Positions 1 through 10,649 of a stretch of DNA of 64,000 nt are shown here, piece after piece (within the stretch, counting starts at the first letter, position 1; each line of letters starts with the position of its first letter). This DNA comes from Mobula hypostoma (lineage: Eukaryota), in assembly GCF_963921235.1 (NCBI RefSeq), contig NC_086108.1, positions 56,856,001 through 56,920,000 of the forward strand. The letters are read 5' to 3'. A program made the position numbers and the translations under genes. The notes under the pieces are model-generated. The model did no database searches. It worked only from the letters and a program-made list of their open reading frames with translations, and had not been told where the DNA came from.

Positions 1-437
1 AATCCTCTCGCTATAAATGCCAGCATACCATTCGCCTTTTTCACCGCCTGCTGTACCTGCATGCCCACTTTCAATGACTGGTGTATAATGACACCCAGGT
101 CTCGTTGCACCTCCCCTTTTCCTAATCGGCCACCATTCAGATAATAATCTGTTTTCCCATTTTTGCCAAAGTGGATAACTTCACATTTATCCACATTAAA
201 TTGCATCTGCCATGAATTTGCCCACTCACCCAACCTATCCAAGTCACCCTGCATCCTCTTAGCATCCTCCTCACTGCTAACACTGCCGCCCAGCTTCGTG
301 TCATCCGCAAACTTGGAGATGCTGCATTTAATTCCCTCATCCAAGTCATTAATATATATTGTAAACAACTGGGGTCCCAGCACTGAGCCTTGCGGTACCC
401 CACTAGTCACCGCCTGCCATTCTGAAAAGGTCCCGTT
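1..437 (-). mobile_element. CR1-type LINE fragment (RT domain region), runs off the window start
   Basis: Minus strand encodes GVPQGSVLGP..F..DD-type RT motifs; 1-168 is nearly identical to 10479-10646. Confidence 0.9.
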
Positions 438-439
438 TA

Positions 440-1330
440 TTGAATGCATGTTGCCATCATACATTTTCTCCATGTACCTATGGGCATCTTTTCATCTTCA
501 CTGTTATCTAACTTCTGTGTGCAACAGCAAACATTCAAACTGTCATCATTCTCAATGCTGTTGAAGTTGTTGAGAATTGAGAACATGGGACTTTATTTAC
601 CTATGTAATAACAGTATTTAATTATTTGCATTGGATCCTTAGATATTTTGTGACGAGATGTTGTCCGTGAGTTACACATTGAATGGCAAATATGTTAGAT
701 ACAGCCTTTTCAATAAGTAATAACTCCATGGTGACATCCCGTCATTGATGGTGCTCAGTCTGTTGTACAAGCAAGAATGTTGATGAGCAGAATGTCCTTC
801 TTTTTGAAAAACTGCTCAACAATCTCAAATATTAGCTCCCCCTTTGTATCTGTTTCTAGTCCCCAAAACATCTCTTGAACAATGCTTTTTACCTTTTATG
901 AAATGAACATAACCAAGAAGGAAAGATTTGTTGCCTGGCAAAGCTATGACTCAGAATTTCATCTATTTGTCTTTAAAACAGTCATTGCTGAGTGGAATCT
1001 CTTTAATTATTTGGTCTGGTGACTTATGCAAAACTGTGCTGAAAACATCCCTTACTGCCGGCAGAATCAGTTCTTCTCCAAGTGTACAGGGGCTTTCCAA
1101 ATTTGGCAATGAAATATTGTATGAAACACATAAACCATCACTGTTGTTACAAAATACTGGCAACAATGTTTTAGTGTTTCCTGTTTCTGAAATTTTTCAT
1201 GCAGTGACTGAAAATAAGCCAAGTTCTTATCTACTTTATCAGAGCATATTCTCTTCAAATTTTCAAGAAGTCTGGATGGTTTTATTGCCTCATTTGAAAA
1301 ATAATGTTTCACACAACAAATGGCTGCTGT
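440..1330 (-). mobile_element. Degraded hAT (Charlie/Buster, SCAND3/ZBED5-like) transposase fragment
   Basis: Frameshifted peptides KPSRLLENLK..KNLAYFQSL and TLGEELILPAVRDVFSTVLHKSPDQIIKEIPLSN resemble Buster/Charlie transposases; boundaries approximate. Confidence 0.75.
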
Positions 1331-1624
1331 TGGTGCTGGTACAATTCCCTATTTCAGATACTCTACACCATGCGGTCTACACTTCTTTTTTGTTTGGTCT
1401 CCTTTTGCCATTTTCATTATGAATTAAACAACATCATGAGAAACATCCTACAACATGCTACTTACTGCCAGAATTGGAGTGACCATTTTGCCTATTTTCT
1501 TCTGAGAATCTCCTTGAATACTGGCCCTTCACTTGGTGACCTGAAAGTGTAATAAATTGACAATTGGTGCATTTATCTTTAGGTTTGAGCATTTGTCAAC
1601 TTTTTTGCTAATTAACTAACTTCC

Positions 1625-2605
1625 CCTGAGGTGTTCTACAGGGATCTGTTCTGGGACCCCTCCTCTGTGATTTTTATAAATGATATGAGGAAGTAGAAGA
1701 ATGTGTTAGTAAGTTTGCAGATGACACAGAAGTTGGGGGTGTTGTGGATGGTCTGGAGGGTTGTCAGAGGTTACAGCGTGACATCAGTAGGATGCAGAAC
1801 TGGGCTGAGAAGTGGCAGATGGGGTTCAACCCAGACAAGTGTGAAGTGGTTCATTTCGGCAGGTTGATTTTGAAGACAGAATATAATATTAATGGAAAGA
1901 CTCTTGGTAGTGTGGAGGATCAGCAAGATCTTGGGGTCCGTGTCCATAGGACACTCAAACTTGCTGCGCAGGTTGACTGTTGTTAGGAAGGTGTATGGTG
2001 TGATGTACTTCTTCAACCCTGGGATTGAATTCAGGAACCCTGAGGTAATGTTAAAGCTAAATAAGTCCACGGTTAGACCCCACTTGGAGTACTGTGTTCA
2101 ATTCTGGTCACTTCAGTACAGGAAGGATGTGGATACTATAGAGAGTGCACAGGAGACTTACAAGGATGTTGCCTGGATTGGAGAGCATGCCATATGAGAA
2201 TAGGTTGAGTAAACTCGGCCTTTTCTCCTTGGAGCGACAGAGGATGAGGTGACTTGATAGAAGTGTATAAGATGATGAAGGCATTGGTCCTGTGGATAGC
2301 CAGAGGCCTTTTCCCAGGGCTGAAATGGCTAACACAAGGGGCATAGTTTTAAGCTGCTTGGAAGTAGGTACAGAGAGGATGGCAGGGGTAAGTTTTCCCC
2401 CCAGAGAGCAATGTGACAGCCCGCGATGGTGGTGGAGGCAGATGGAATAGGGTCTTTTAAAAGACTCTTTGATAGGCACATGGAACTTAGAAAAATAGAG
2501 GGCTATGCCGTAGGGAAATTCTAGGCAGTTTCTAGAGTAGGTTACCTGGTGGCACAACATTGTGGGCCGAGGGGCCTGTGATGTGCTGTAGATTTCTATG
2601 CTCTA
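1625..2605 (+). mobile_element. CR1 LINE 3' fragment (end of RT ORF2 and 3' tail)
   Basis: KFADDT, KWQMGFNPDKC and VRPHLEYCVQFWS motifs with frameshifts; ends in a TTCTATG-type tail. Confidence 0.9.
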
Positions 2606-3919
2606 TATCCTAATAAGCGATTGACTGTGGTTGTTAAGCCCAGCCGTTCCTTAAGTTATGACATCATCATAGGTCAGGCAAAATCCTCTTTGCCTGAAGT
2701 AAAGTGGGGCAACAATATCTTGATTATGTCATGCGCTAGAGAAATGCCATCAAGACCATTCGATAGGGCAGATTCTGAACATTACCCCATGAACTCCATA
2801 CTGTAATTCACAGGAACTGTGTCACTGCATGATTAGAGCATGGGAATCATACTAGCCAACTGTATACAGTAGTGAAAGGTAATATCTGGCTATAACACAG
2901 GCCCTTCAGTCCAGATTTCTCATAATATGCCAAATACATAAGTATTGCATTGCTTTTGAACAACTATAATGCATGTCAAGCAAACTTTGGTGGATTAGCA
3001 AGAGATGAGGTGGTTACATGACCATTCATGAGAGGCACTGCAGATCAGATTCTTAAGAAATTCATCTTAAATTAAGCCTGCAATCCCTCAGCTGCCCCCT
3101 CTCACCACAGCCTTTATCTTTATTGCCCCTTTAAAAACTCCCAGTGCCCCGGGGGGGGGGGTGAGAAATATCACCCACTATGGGGATCACTGAAACCACC
3201 TTCTATATCCATTGCCCTGCCCTCATTAACCTATTCCAATCAACAATGTACTGTCTGATATAGTGAAATTTTGCCTTGTTAATTTAACTTGTGGACTGGA
3301 TCTGTCCCTTTATATATAAAATAGCCAAATATAACCAAAGGTCACTGGTCCCAAAATATTACACTTAGCAACACCTTTGACTACTGCAGAAAAGTGTGTG
3401 CACCTGGAAGTCCTGGAATTTTTGAGCTGATGCCACTGTCACTTCAACTTCACTCATCATTGGAGTTCTCTTGCAGCAGCAGACTTGCTTCATTCGATTT
3501 CTCAGCAGTTCTGCTGCGAAATCTATGTACTTAACCTGGCACAAATCCAGGTTAAGCCATCCATTTCAGTGCAGATGACCACTTAAGAGGCACAGTATTC
3601 GTTGGATTTAATTTTAAATATGCATTTAGCTTTGTTGTTTTTGAATGTTTATTAATGCCTGGTTCAGCACAGAAGTAGATTACCCAATTGTCAAAGCAAC
3701 TTCGTGGAATTTCTTTTATAAGTCAACCTAATTAATAAAACTCTGAACATAGCCCTTATGAATAGAAGTCTTACTGCAACAGTATAAGGTGTTACCAAGA
3801 TCACATCTAGAACACTGAACAATTTTGGTGCAGTTAAGTAAATATATTAGTTTTAAATAAACAAAACATACATTTGCAAGTTTCATAATTCTCAAATTTG
3901 CTCCTTTTATTTGGTACAG

Positions 3920-4447
3920 GGCAATCTGGATTTAACTTGTCCTTACTTCCAAGCTGACACAACTTCAGCTTATGAAGATCCTGAGACTCTACAAGTGGAG
4001 GAGATGTCATCTGTCCAGGAACTCTGCAGTGGTATGGAGGCTGTTAATCAAGACCAGAGCAGCCAGCTGTCCACATTTCATATTCAGCCCACGGCTAGTC
4101 AGCCACAGCAGAGTGAGGACTTGAGCCAAGATCTTTCACCAGGGAACAGTCAAGTGGCCATTCTGGATTACAAATGCCAACTCCCTTGTTCATATATCGA
4201 AAAGTTGTCCCCTGGGGAAATTACTCACCAACTAACAGATTCAATAAATTCTGCAAGAGACCAAAGCATTGGATACATACCTTCCAACTTTATACATGTT
4301 ACAGACAACACTACAGAGACCAGTCAAGATTTTGTTAACAGCTTTTCATTCATGCCTCTTCCGTCCCTATCCAGAATGGAACTCACTTACGAAGGGAAAT
4401 TAACATTAGATGTGGTGAGAATTGACTGTAGTTCAATTGTAGAATAA
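3920..4447 (+). CDS. IL12RB2: Terminal coding exon of interleukin-12 receptor beta-2 (cytoplasmic tail)
   Basis: Pyrimidine tract plus ttggtacag acceptor (AG 3918-3919); open frame to TAA at 4447. GYIPSN matches the YLPSN STAT4-docking motif and C-terminal GKLTLDVVRIDCSS resembles human GDKLTLDQLKMRCDS. Convergent with SERBP1, as in mammals. Confidence 0.82.
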   Translation, partial: GNLDLTCPYFQADTTSAYEDPETLQVEEMSSVQELCSGMEAVNQDQSSQLSTFHIQPTASQPQQSEDLSQDLSPGNSQVAILDYKCQLPCSYIEKLSPGEITHQLTDSINSARDQSIGYIPSNFIHVTDNTTETSQDFVNSFSFMPLPSLSRMELTYEGKLTLDVVRIDCSSIVE

Positions 4448-5110
4448 TTTTCTTAATCCATACAGCGAGTATTTTGAGAGCACTTCAGACTATTACAGCT
4501 CACCATTTGGGCACATCTTGTTTGTTTCTTTCTACAACTGATAATTGAGTATCCAGCTAAATAAATTGCATATGCCTTCGCCTGGATTGAGGATTATGGA
4601 CAACCATAAGTGGAACCAAGTGAATAGCAGTGCCTCATATCAGTTATACGTATTGTGAGAAAGCTGGACATTACCTTGGGTAATCTGTATAACTACTATG
4701 CTGATAACTGGGAACATTTACAGGTTATTTTTCCCTCCATGACATAGTTTACTCTTGTGCCACAAGATAGATTTTGTCAATACCATTTAACAGCAGAACC
4801 AGAACTTAAAATTTAATACTGTCTTGTCTAAGACAAGAGTTAGCGTGCAGACTGGTGTCTGATGAAGGTGTAAGTACCATTAGTATCAGCTCTCTGTATC
4901 TGGCCTGATGAAGCGATTCTAGGTTGCGGGCCAGGTCCAGCCCTTTGAAGGGGCACTTTATATAATCATTAAATCCATTGGTGATACTGTGCTATACAAA
5001 CTGGGAAGGTGCTATATTTGATACCCAGATGATAGTAAGAGTATCCAAGTATGATGTTGCTAATAATGTGATTGACATTTAAGTTTAAATTCAGTTTTGA
5101 TTCTCCCATT

Positions 5111-5116
5111 AATAAA
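5111..5116 (+). promoter_or_regulatory. Candidate IL12RB2 polyadenylation signal (alternative AATAAA at 4560-4565)
   Basis: AATAAA downstream of the IL12RB2 stop; which site is used cannot be determined from sequence. Confidence 0.3.
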
Positions 5117-6262
5117 TAGCATATCAGCAATATCATGCCTAAAACCTAATGGCCATTCAGGTGAAATCTTGAGAATGTGTGGTATTATCAATTGTCTAAA
5201 AGGTAAGAAAAATTATACGATTAAGGCAAGTGCCCATTTATAGCACTCTGAAGTCAACAAATGTCATAATTTGGAAATAAATCATAACTGGCTTAAAGCT
5301 GCGGGGTTGTATTACTGGAAACACTTAACATCCTAATTCAAATCCTGACCACACACACAAGCTTAACTTTTTTTTTGTTTGAAAGGATTACAGCTGACAC
5401 CCAATCTATATTGAACATATTCAGTGCTGATGTGGGACTTGAAATGAATCTTCTGATGTGCAATGTTATATTAACTGGGGGCAACCAAAGAAAGAATTTC
5501 ATTCTATCTGGCAAGGTTATGGCAGTTACTGGAGGAGATGGCAGTTGAATGCATGGCTGAGGAGTTGGTGCAGGGAGCAGGGTTTTAGATTTTTGGACCA
5601 TTGGGATCTCTTCTGGGGAAGGTGGGACCTGTACAGATTGGATGGGTTGCACCTGAACTCGAGGGGGAGCAATATCCTTGCAGGTAGGTTTGCTAGCATG
5701 GTTCGGGAGGGTTTAAACTAATTTGCAAGGGGGATGGGACTTGAAGCGATAGAGCAGTGAAAGAAATGCATGGAGTAAAGCCAGATCTAACATATAGAGA
5801 GGCTTTGAGGAAAGAGAAGCAGAATAAACAGTGTAAAGTCAGTAAGGTAGAAGGGCTGAAGTGTGTGTACCTCAATGCAAGAAGCATCAGGAACAAAGGT
5901 GATGAACTGAGAGCTTGGATACATACGTGGAATTATGATGTAGTGGCCATTACAGAGACTTGGCTGTCACCAGGGCAGGAATGGATTCTCAATATTCCTG
6001 GATTTCAGTGCTTTAAAAGGGATGGGGGGGGTAGGAGGGGAGGGGTGGCTTTACTGGTCAGGGATACTATTACAGCTACAGAAAGGGTGGGTAATGCAGC
6101 AGGATCCTCTTTTGAGTCAGTATGGGTGGAAGTCAGGAACAGGAAGGGAGCAGTTACTCTATTGGGGGTATTCTATAGGCCCCTGGTAGCAGCAGAGATA
6201 CAGTGGAGCAGATTGGGAGGCAGATTTTGGAAAGGTGCGAAAATAACAGGGTTGTTATCATG

Positions 6263-7425
6263 AAAACACGAGGAATTCTGCAGATGCTGGAAATTCAAGC
6301 AAAACACAGCAAAGTTGCTTTTTTAAAGAAAGGGGCCTCCCTTCCTCCACCATCAACTCTGCTCTCAAACGCATCTCCCCCATTTCACACACATCTGCTC
6401 TCACTCCATCCTCCCATCACCCCACTAGGAATAGGGTTCCCCTGGTCCTCACCTACCACCCCACCAGCCTCCGGGTCCAACATATATATTCTCCTTAACT
6501 TCCGCCACCTCCAACAGAATCCCACCACTAAGCACATCTTTCCCTCCCCCCGCCTCTGCATTCCGCAGGGATCGCTCCCTACACGACTCCCTTGTCCATT
6601 CGTCCCCCCCATCCCTCCCCACTGATCTCCCTCCTGGCACTTATCCTTGTAAGCAGAACAAGTGCTACACATGCCCTTATACTTCCTCCCTTACCATTAT
6701 TCAAGGCCCCAGACAGTCCTTCCAGGTGAGGCAACACTTCACCTGTGAGTCGGCTGGTGTGATATACTGCATCCGGTGCTCCCAATGTGGCCTTCTATAT
6801 ATTGACGAGACCTGACGCAGACTGGGAGATCATTTTGCTGAACACCTACGCTCTGTCCGCCAGAGAAAGCAGGATCTCCCAGTGGCCACACATTTTAATT
6901 CCATGTCCCATTCCCATTCTGATATGTCTGTCCACGGCCTCCTCTACTGTAAAGATGAAGCCACACTCAGGTTGGAGGAACAACACCTTGTATTCCATCT
7001 GGGTAGCCTCCAACCTGATGGCATGAACATTGACTTCTCTAACTTCCGCTAATGACCCACCTCCCCCTCGTACCCCATCCATTATTTATTTATATACACA
7101 CATTCTTTCTCTCTTTTTCCTCCCTCTGTCCCTCTGACTACCCCTTGCCCATCCTCTGGGTTTCCCCCCTCCCCCTTTTCCTTCTCCCTGGGCCTCCTAT
7201 CCCATGATCCTCTCATATCCCTTTTGCCAATCACCTGTCCAGCTCTTGGCTCCATCCCTCCCTCTCCCGTCTTCTCCTATCATTTTGGATCTCCCCCTCC
7301 CACTTTCAAATCTCTTACTAGCTCTTCCTTCAGTTAGTCCTGACGAAGGGTCTCGGCCCGAAACGTCGACTGTACCTCTTCCGAGAGATGCTGCCTGACC
7401 TGCTGCGTTCACCAGCAACTTTGAT
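6263..7425 (+). mobile_element. Penelope-like element (PLE) 3' part: GIY-YIG endonuclease remnant, pseudo-LTR with hammerhead, short inverted 5' segment
   Basis: Translates to FTCESAGVIYCIRCSQCGLLYI..EHLRSV..PVATHFN..QPDGMNIDFSNFR* (stop near 7052). Flanked by a perfect 14-bp duplication GGGTTGTTATCATG (6249-6262 and 7426-7439). 6263-6318 is the reverse complement of the element's 3' terminal sequence. Confidence 0.93.
7336..7371 (+). ncRNA. Minimal type I hammerhead ribozyme motif (PLE pseudo-LTR)
   Basis: AGTC-CTGACGA-A-GGG(TCTCGG)CCC-GAAAC-GTC-GACT: intact CUGANGA/GAAA core, stem I AGTC/GACT, stem II, palindromic ACGU stem III, GUC cleavage triplet. Confidence 0.85.
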
Positions 7426-9861
7426 GGGTTGTTATCATGGGCAACTTTAACTTCCCTAATATTGATTAGCACCTAATTAGTTCCAAGGATTTAGGTGGGG
7501 CAGAGTTTGTTAAGTGCGCCCAGGACAGATTCCTGTCACAGTATGTGGACAGGCCGACCAGGGGGAATGCCATACTAGATCTAGTACTAGGTAATGAACT
7601 GGGTCAGATCACAGATCTCTCAGTGGGTGAGCATCTGGGGGACAGTGACCAGCCCTCCCTGGCCTTTAGCATTATCATGGAAAAGGATAGAATCAGAGAG
7701 GACAGGAAAATTTTTAATTGGGGAAGGGCAAACTATGAGGCTATAAGGCTAGAACTTGCTGGTGTGAATTGGGATGATGTTTTTGCAGGGAAATGTACTA
7801 CGGACATGTGGTTGATGTTTAGAGATCTCTTGAAGGATGTTAGGGATAAATTTGTCCCAGTGAGGAAGATAAAGAATGGTAGGGTGAAGGAACCATGGGT
7901 GACAATTGAGGTGGAAAATCTAGTCAGGTGGAAGAAGGCAGCATACATGAGGTTTAGGAAGCAGGGATCAGATGGGTCTATTGAGGAATATAGGAAAGCA
8001 AGGAAGGAGCTTAAGAAGGGGCTGAGAAGAGCAGGAAGGGGGCATGAGAAGGCCTTGGCGAGTAGGGTAAAGGAAAATCCCAAGGCATTCTTCAATTATG
8101 TGAAGAAAAAAGGATGACAGGACCGATTAGAGATAAAGGTGGGAAGCTGTGCCTGGAGTCTGTGGAAGTGAGCGAGGTCCTCAATGAATACTTCTCTTCA
8201 GTATTCACCAATGAGAGGGAACTTGATGGCGGTGAGGACAATGAGTGCGGTTGATGTTCTGGAGCATGTTGATATTAAGGGAGAGGAGGTGTTGGAGTTG
8301 TTAAAATACATTAGGACCAATAAGTCCCCGGGGCCTGACGGAATATTCTCCAGGCTGCTCCACAGGGCGAGGGAAGAGATTGCTGAGCCTCTGGCTAGGA
8401 TCTTTATGTCCTTGTTGTCCACGAGAATGGTACCGGATTGGAGGGAGGCGAATGTTGTCCCCTTGTTCAAAAAAAAGGTAGTAGGGATAGTCTGGGAAAT
8501 TATAGACCAGTGAGCCTTACGTCTGTGGTGGGAAAGCTGTTGGAAAAGACTCTTAGAGATAGGATCTCTGGGTATTTAGAGAATCATGGTCTCATCAGGG
8601 ACAGTCAGCATGGCTTTGTGAAGGGCAGATTGTGTCTAACAAGCCTGATAGAGTTCTTTGAAGAGGTGACCAGGCATATAGATGAGGGTAGTGCAGTGGA
8701 TGTGATCTATATGGATTTTAGTAAGGCATTTGACAAGGTTCCACATGGTAGGTTTATTCAGAAAGTCCAAAGGCATGGGATCCAGGGAAGTTTGGCCAGG
8801 TGGATTCAGAATTTATTTGCCTACAGAAGGCAGAGGGTCGTGGTGGAGGGAGTACATTCAGATTGGAAGATTGTGACTAGTGGTGTCCCACAAGGATCTG
8901 TTCTGGGACCTCTACTTTTCGTGATTTGTATTAACAACCTGGATGTGAGGGTAGAAGGGTGGGTTGGCAAGTTTGCAGACGACACAAAGGTTGGTGTTGT
9001 TGTAGATAGTGTAGAGGATTGTCAAAGATTGCAGAGAGACATTGATAGGATGCAGAAGTGGGCTGAGAAGTGGCAGAGGGAGTTCAACCCAGAGAAGTGT
9101 GAGGTGGTACACTTTGGAAGGACAAACTCAAAGGCAGAGTACAAAGTAAATGGCAGGATACTTGATAGTGTGGAGGAGCAGAGGGATCTGGGGATACATG
9201 TCCACATATCCCTGAAAGTTGCCTCCCAGGTGGATAGGGTAGTTAAGAAAGCTTATGGAGTGCTAGCTTTCATAAATCGAGGGATAGTGTTTAAGAATCG
9301 CGATGTAATGATGCAGCTCTATAAAAGTCTGGTTAGGCCACACTTGGAGTACTGTGTCCAGTTCTGGTCACCTCACTATAGAAAGGATGTGGAAGCATTG
9401 GAAAGGGAACAGAGATTTACCAGGATGCTGCTGCCTGGTTTAGAGAGTATGTCGTATGATCAGAGATTAAGGGAGCTAGGGCTTTACTCTTTGGAGAGGA
9501 TAATGAGAAGAGACATGATAGAGGTGTACAAGATAATAAGAGGAATAGATAAGAGTGGATAGCCAGCGCCTCTTCCCCACGGGACTACTGCAGGGACAAG
9601 AGGACATGGCTTTAAGGTAAGGGGTGGGAAGTTCAAGGGGGATATTAGAGGAAGGTTTTTTACTCAGAGAGTGGTTGGTGCGTGGAATGCACTGCCTGAG
9701 TCAGTGGTGGAGGCAGATACACTAGTGAAGTTGAAGAGACGACTAGACAGGTATATGGAGGAATTTAAGGTGGGGGCTTATATGGGAGGCAGGGTTTGAG
9801 GGTTGGCACAACATTGTGGGCCAACGGGCCTGTACTGTGCTGTACTATTCTATGTTCTGTT

Positions 9862-10649
9862 ATTAGAAACATAGAAAATAGGTGCAGGAGTAGGCCATTC
9901 GGCCCTTCGAGCCTGCACCGCCATTTATTATGATCATGGCTGATCATCCAACTCAGAACCCCGCCCCAGCCTTCCCTCCATACCCCCTGACCCCTGTAGC
10001 CACAAGGGCCATATCTAACTCCCTCTTAAACATAGCCAATGAACTGGCCTCAACAGTTTCCTGTGGCAGAGAATTCCACAGATTCACCACTCTCTGTGTG
10101 AAGAAGTTTTTCCTAATCTCGGTCCTAAAAGGCTTCCCCTCTATCCTCAAACTGTGACCCCTCGTTCTGGACTTCCCCAACATCGGGAACAATCTTCCTG
10201 CATCTAGCCTGTCCAATCCCTTTAGGATCTTATACATTTCAATCAGATCCCCCCTCAATCTTCTAAATTCCAACGAGTACAAGCCCAGTTCATCCAGTCT
10301 TTCTTCATATGAAAGTCCTGCCATCCCAGGAATCAATCTGGTGAACCTTCTTTGTACTCCCTCTATGGCAAAGATGTCTTTCCTCAGATTAGGGGACCAA
10401 AACTGCACACAATACTCCAGGTGTGGTCTCACCAAGGCCTTGTACAACTGCAGTAGTACCTCCCTGCTCCTGTACTCGAATCCTCTCGCTATAAATGCCA
10501 GCATACCATTCGCCTTTTTCACCGCCTGCTGTACCTGCATGCCCACTTTCAATGACTGGTGTATAATGACACCCAGGTCTCGTTGCACCTCCCCTTTTCC
10601 TAATCGGCCACCATTCAGATAATAATCTGTTTTCCTATTTTTGCCACCA
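9862..10649 (-). mobile_element. Young CR1 LINE 3' fragment, tail-to-tail with the preceding CR1
   Basis: Uninterrupted 211-aa ORF (9953-10588) with the CR1 ORF2 C-terminus; tail TTCTATGTTTCT on the minus strand. Confidence 0.93.

Larger units (their letters stand above)
5510..9860 (+). mobile_element. Long, 5'-truncated CR1 LINE (end of esterase-like ORF1; ORF2 with APE endonuclease and RT), frameshifted and interrupted by a Penelope insertion
   Basis: ORF1 motif DLYRLDGLHLN; APE motifs YLNARSIRNK, VAITETW and LDLVLGN..SD; RT motifs YMDFSKAFD, GVPQGSVLGP and KFADDTK; tail ...TATTCTATGTTCT. Confidence 0.95.

Noticed and set aside
4855..4940. Two CTGATGAAG motifs, each followed by a short stem, in the IL12RB2 3' region
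   Set aside because: Neither stem is followed by GAAA and an NUH triplet, so they are not hammerheads; no C/D box pairing is evident either.
8438..9562. 374-aa reverse transcriptase ORF as a host gene or a prokaryote-type RT system
   Set aside because: It is a frameshifted piece of an ordinary CR1 ORF2.
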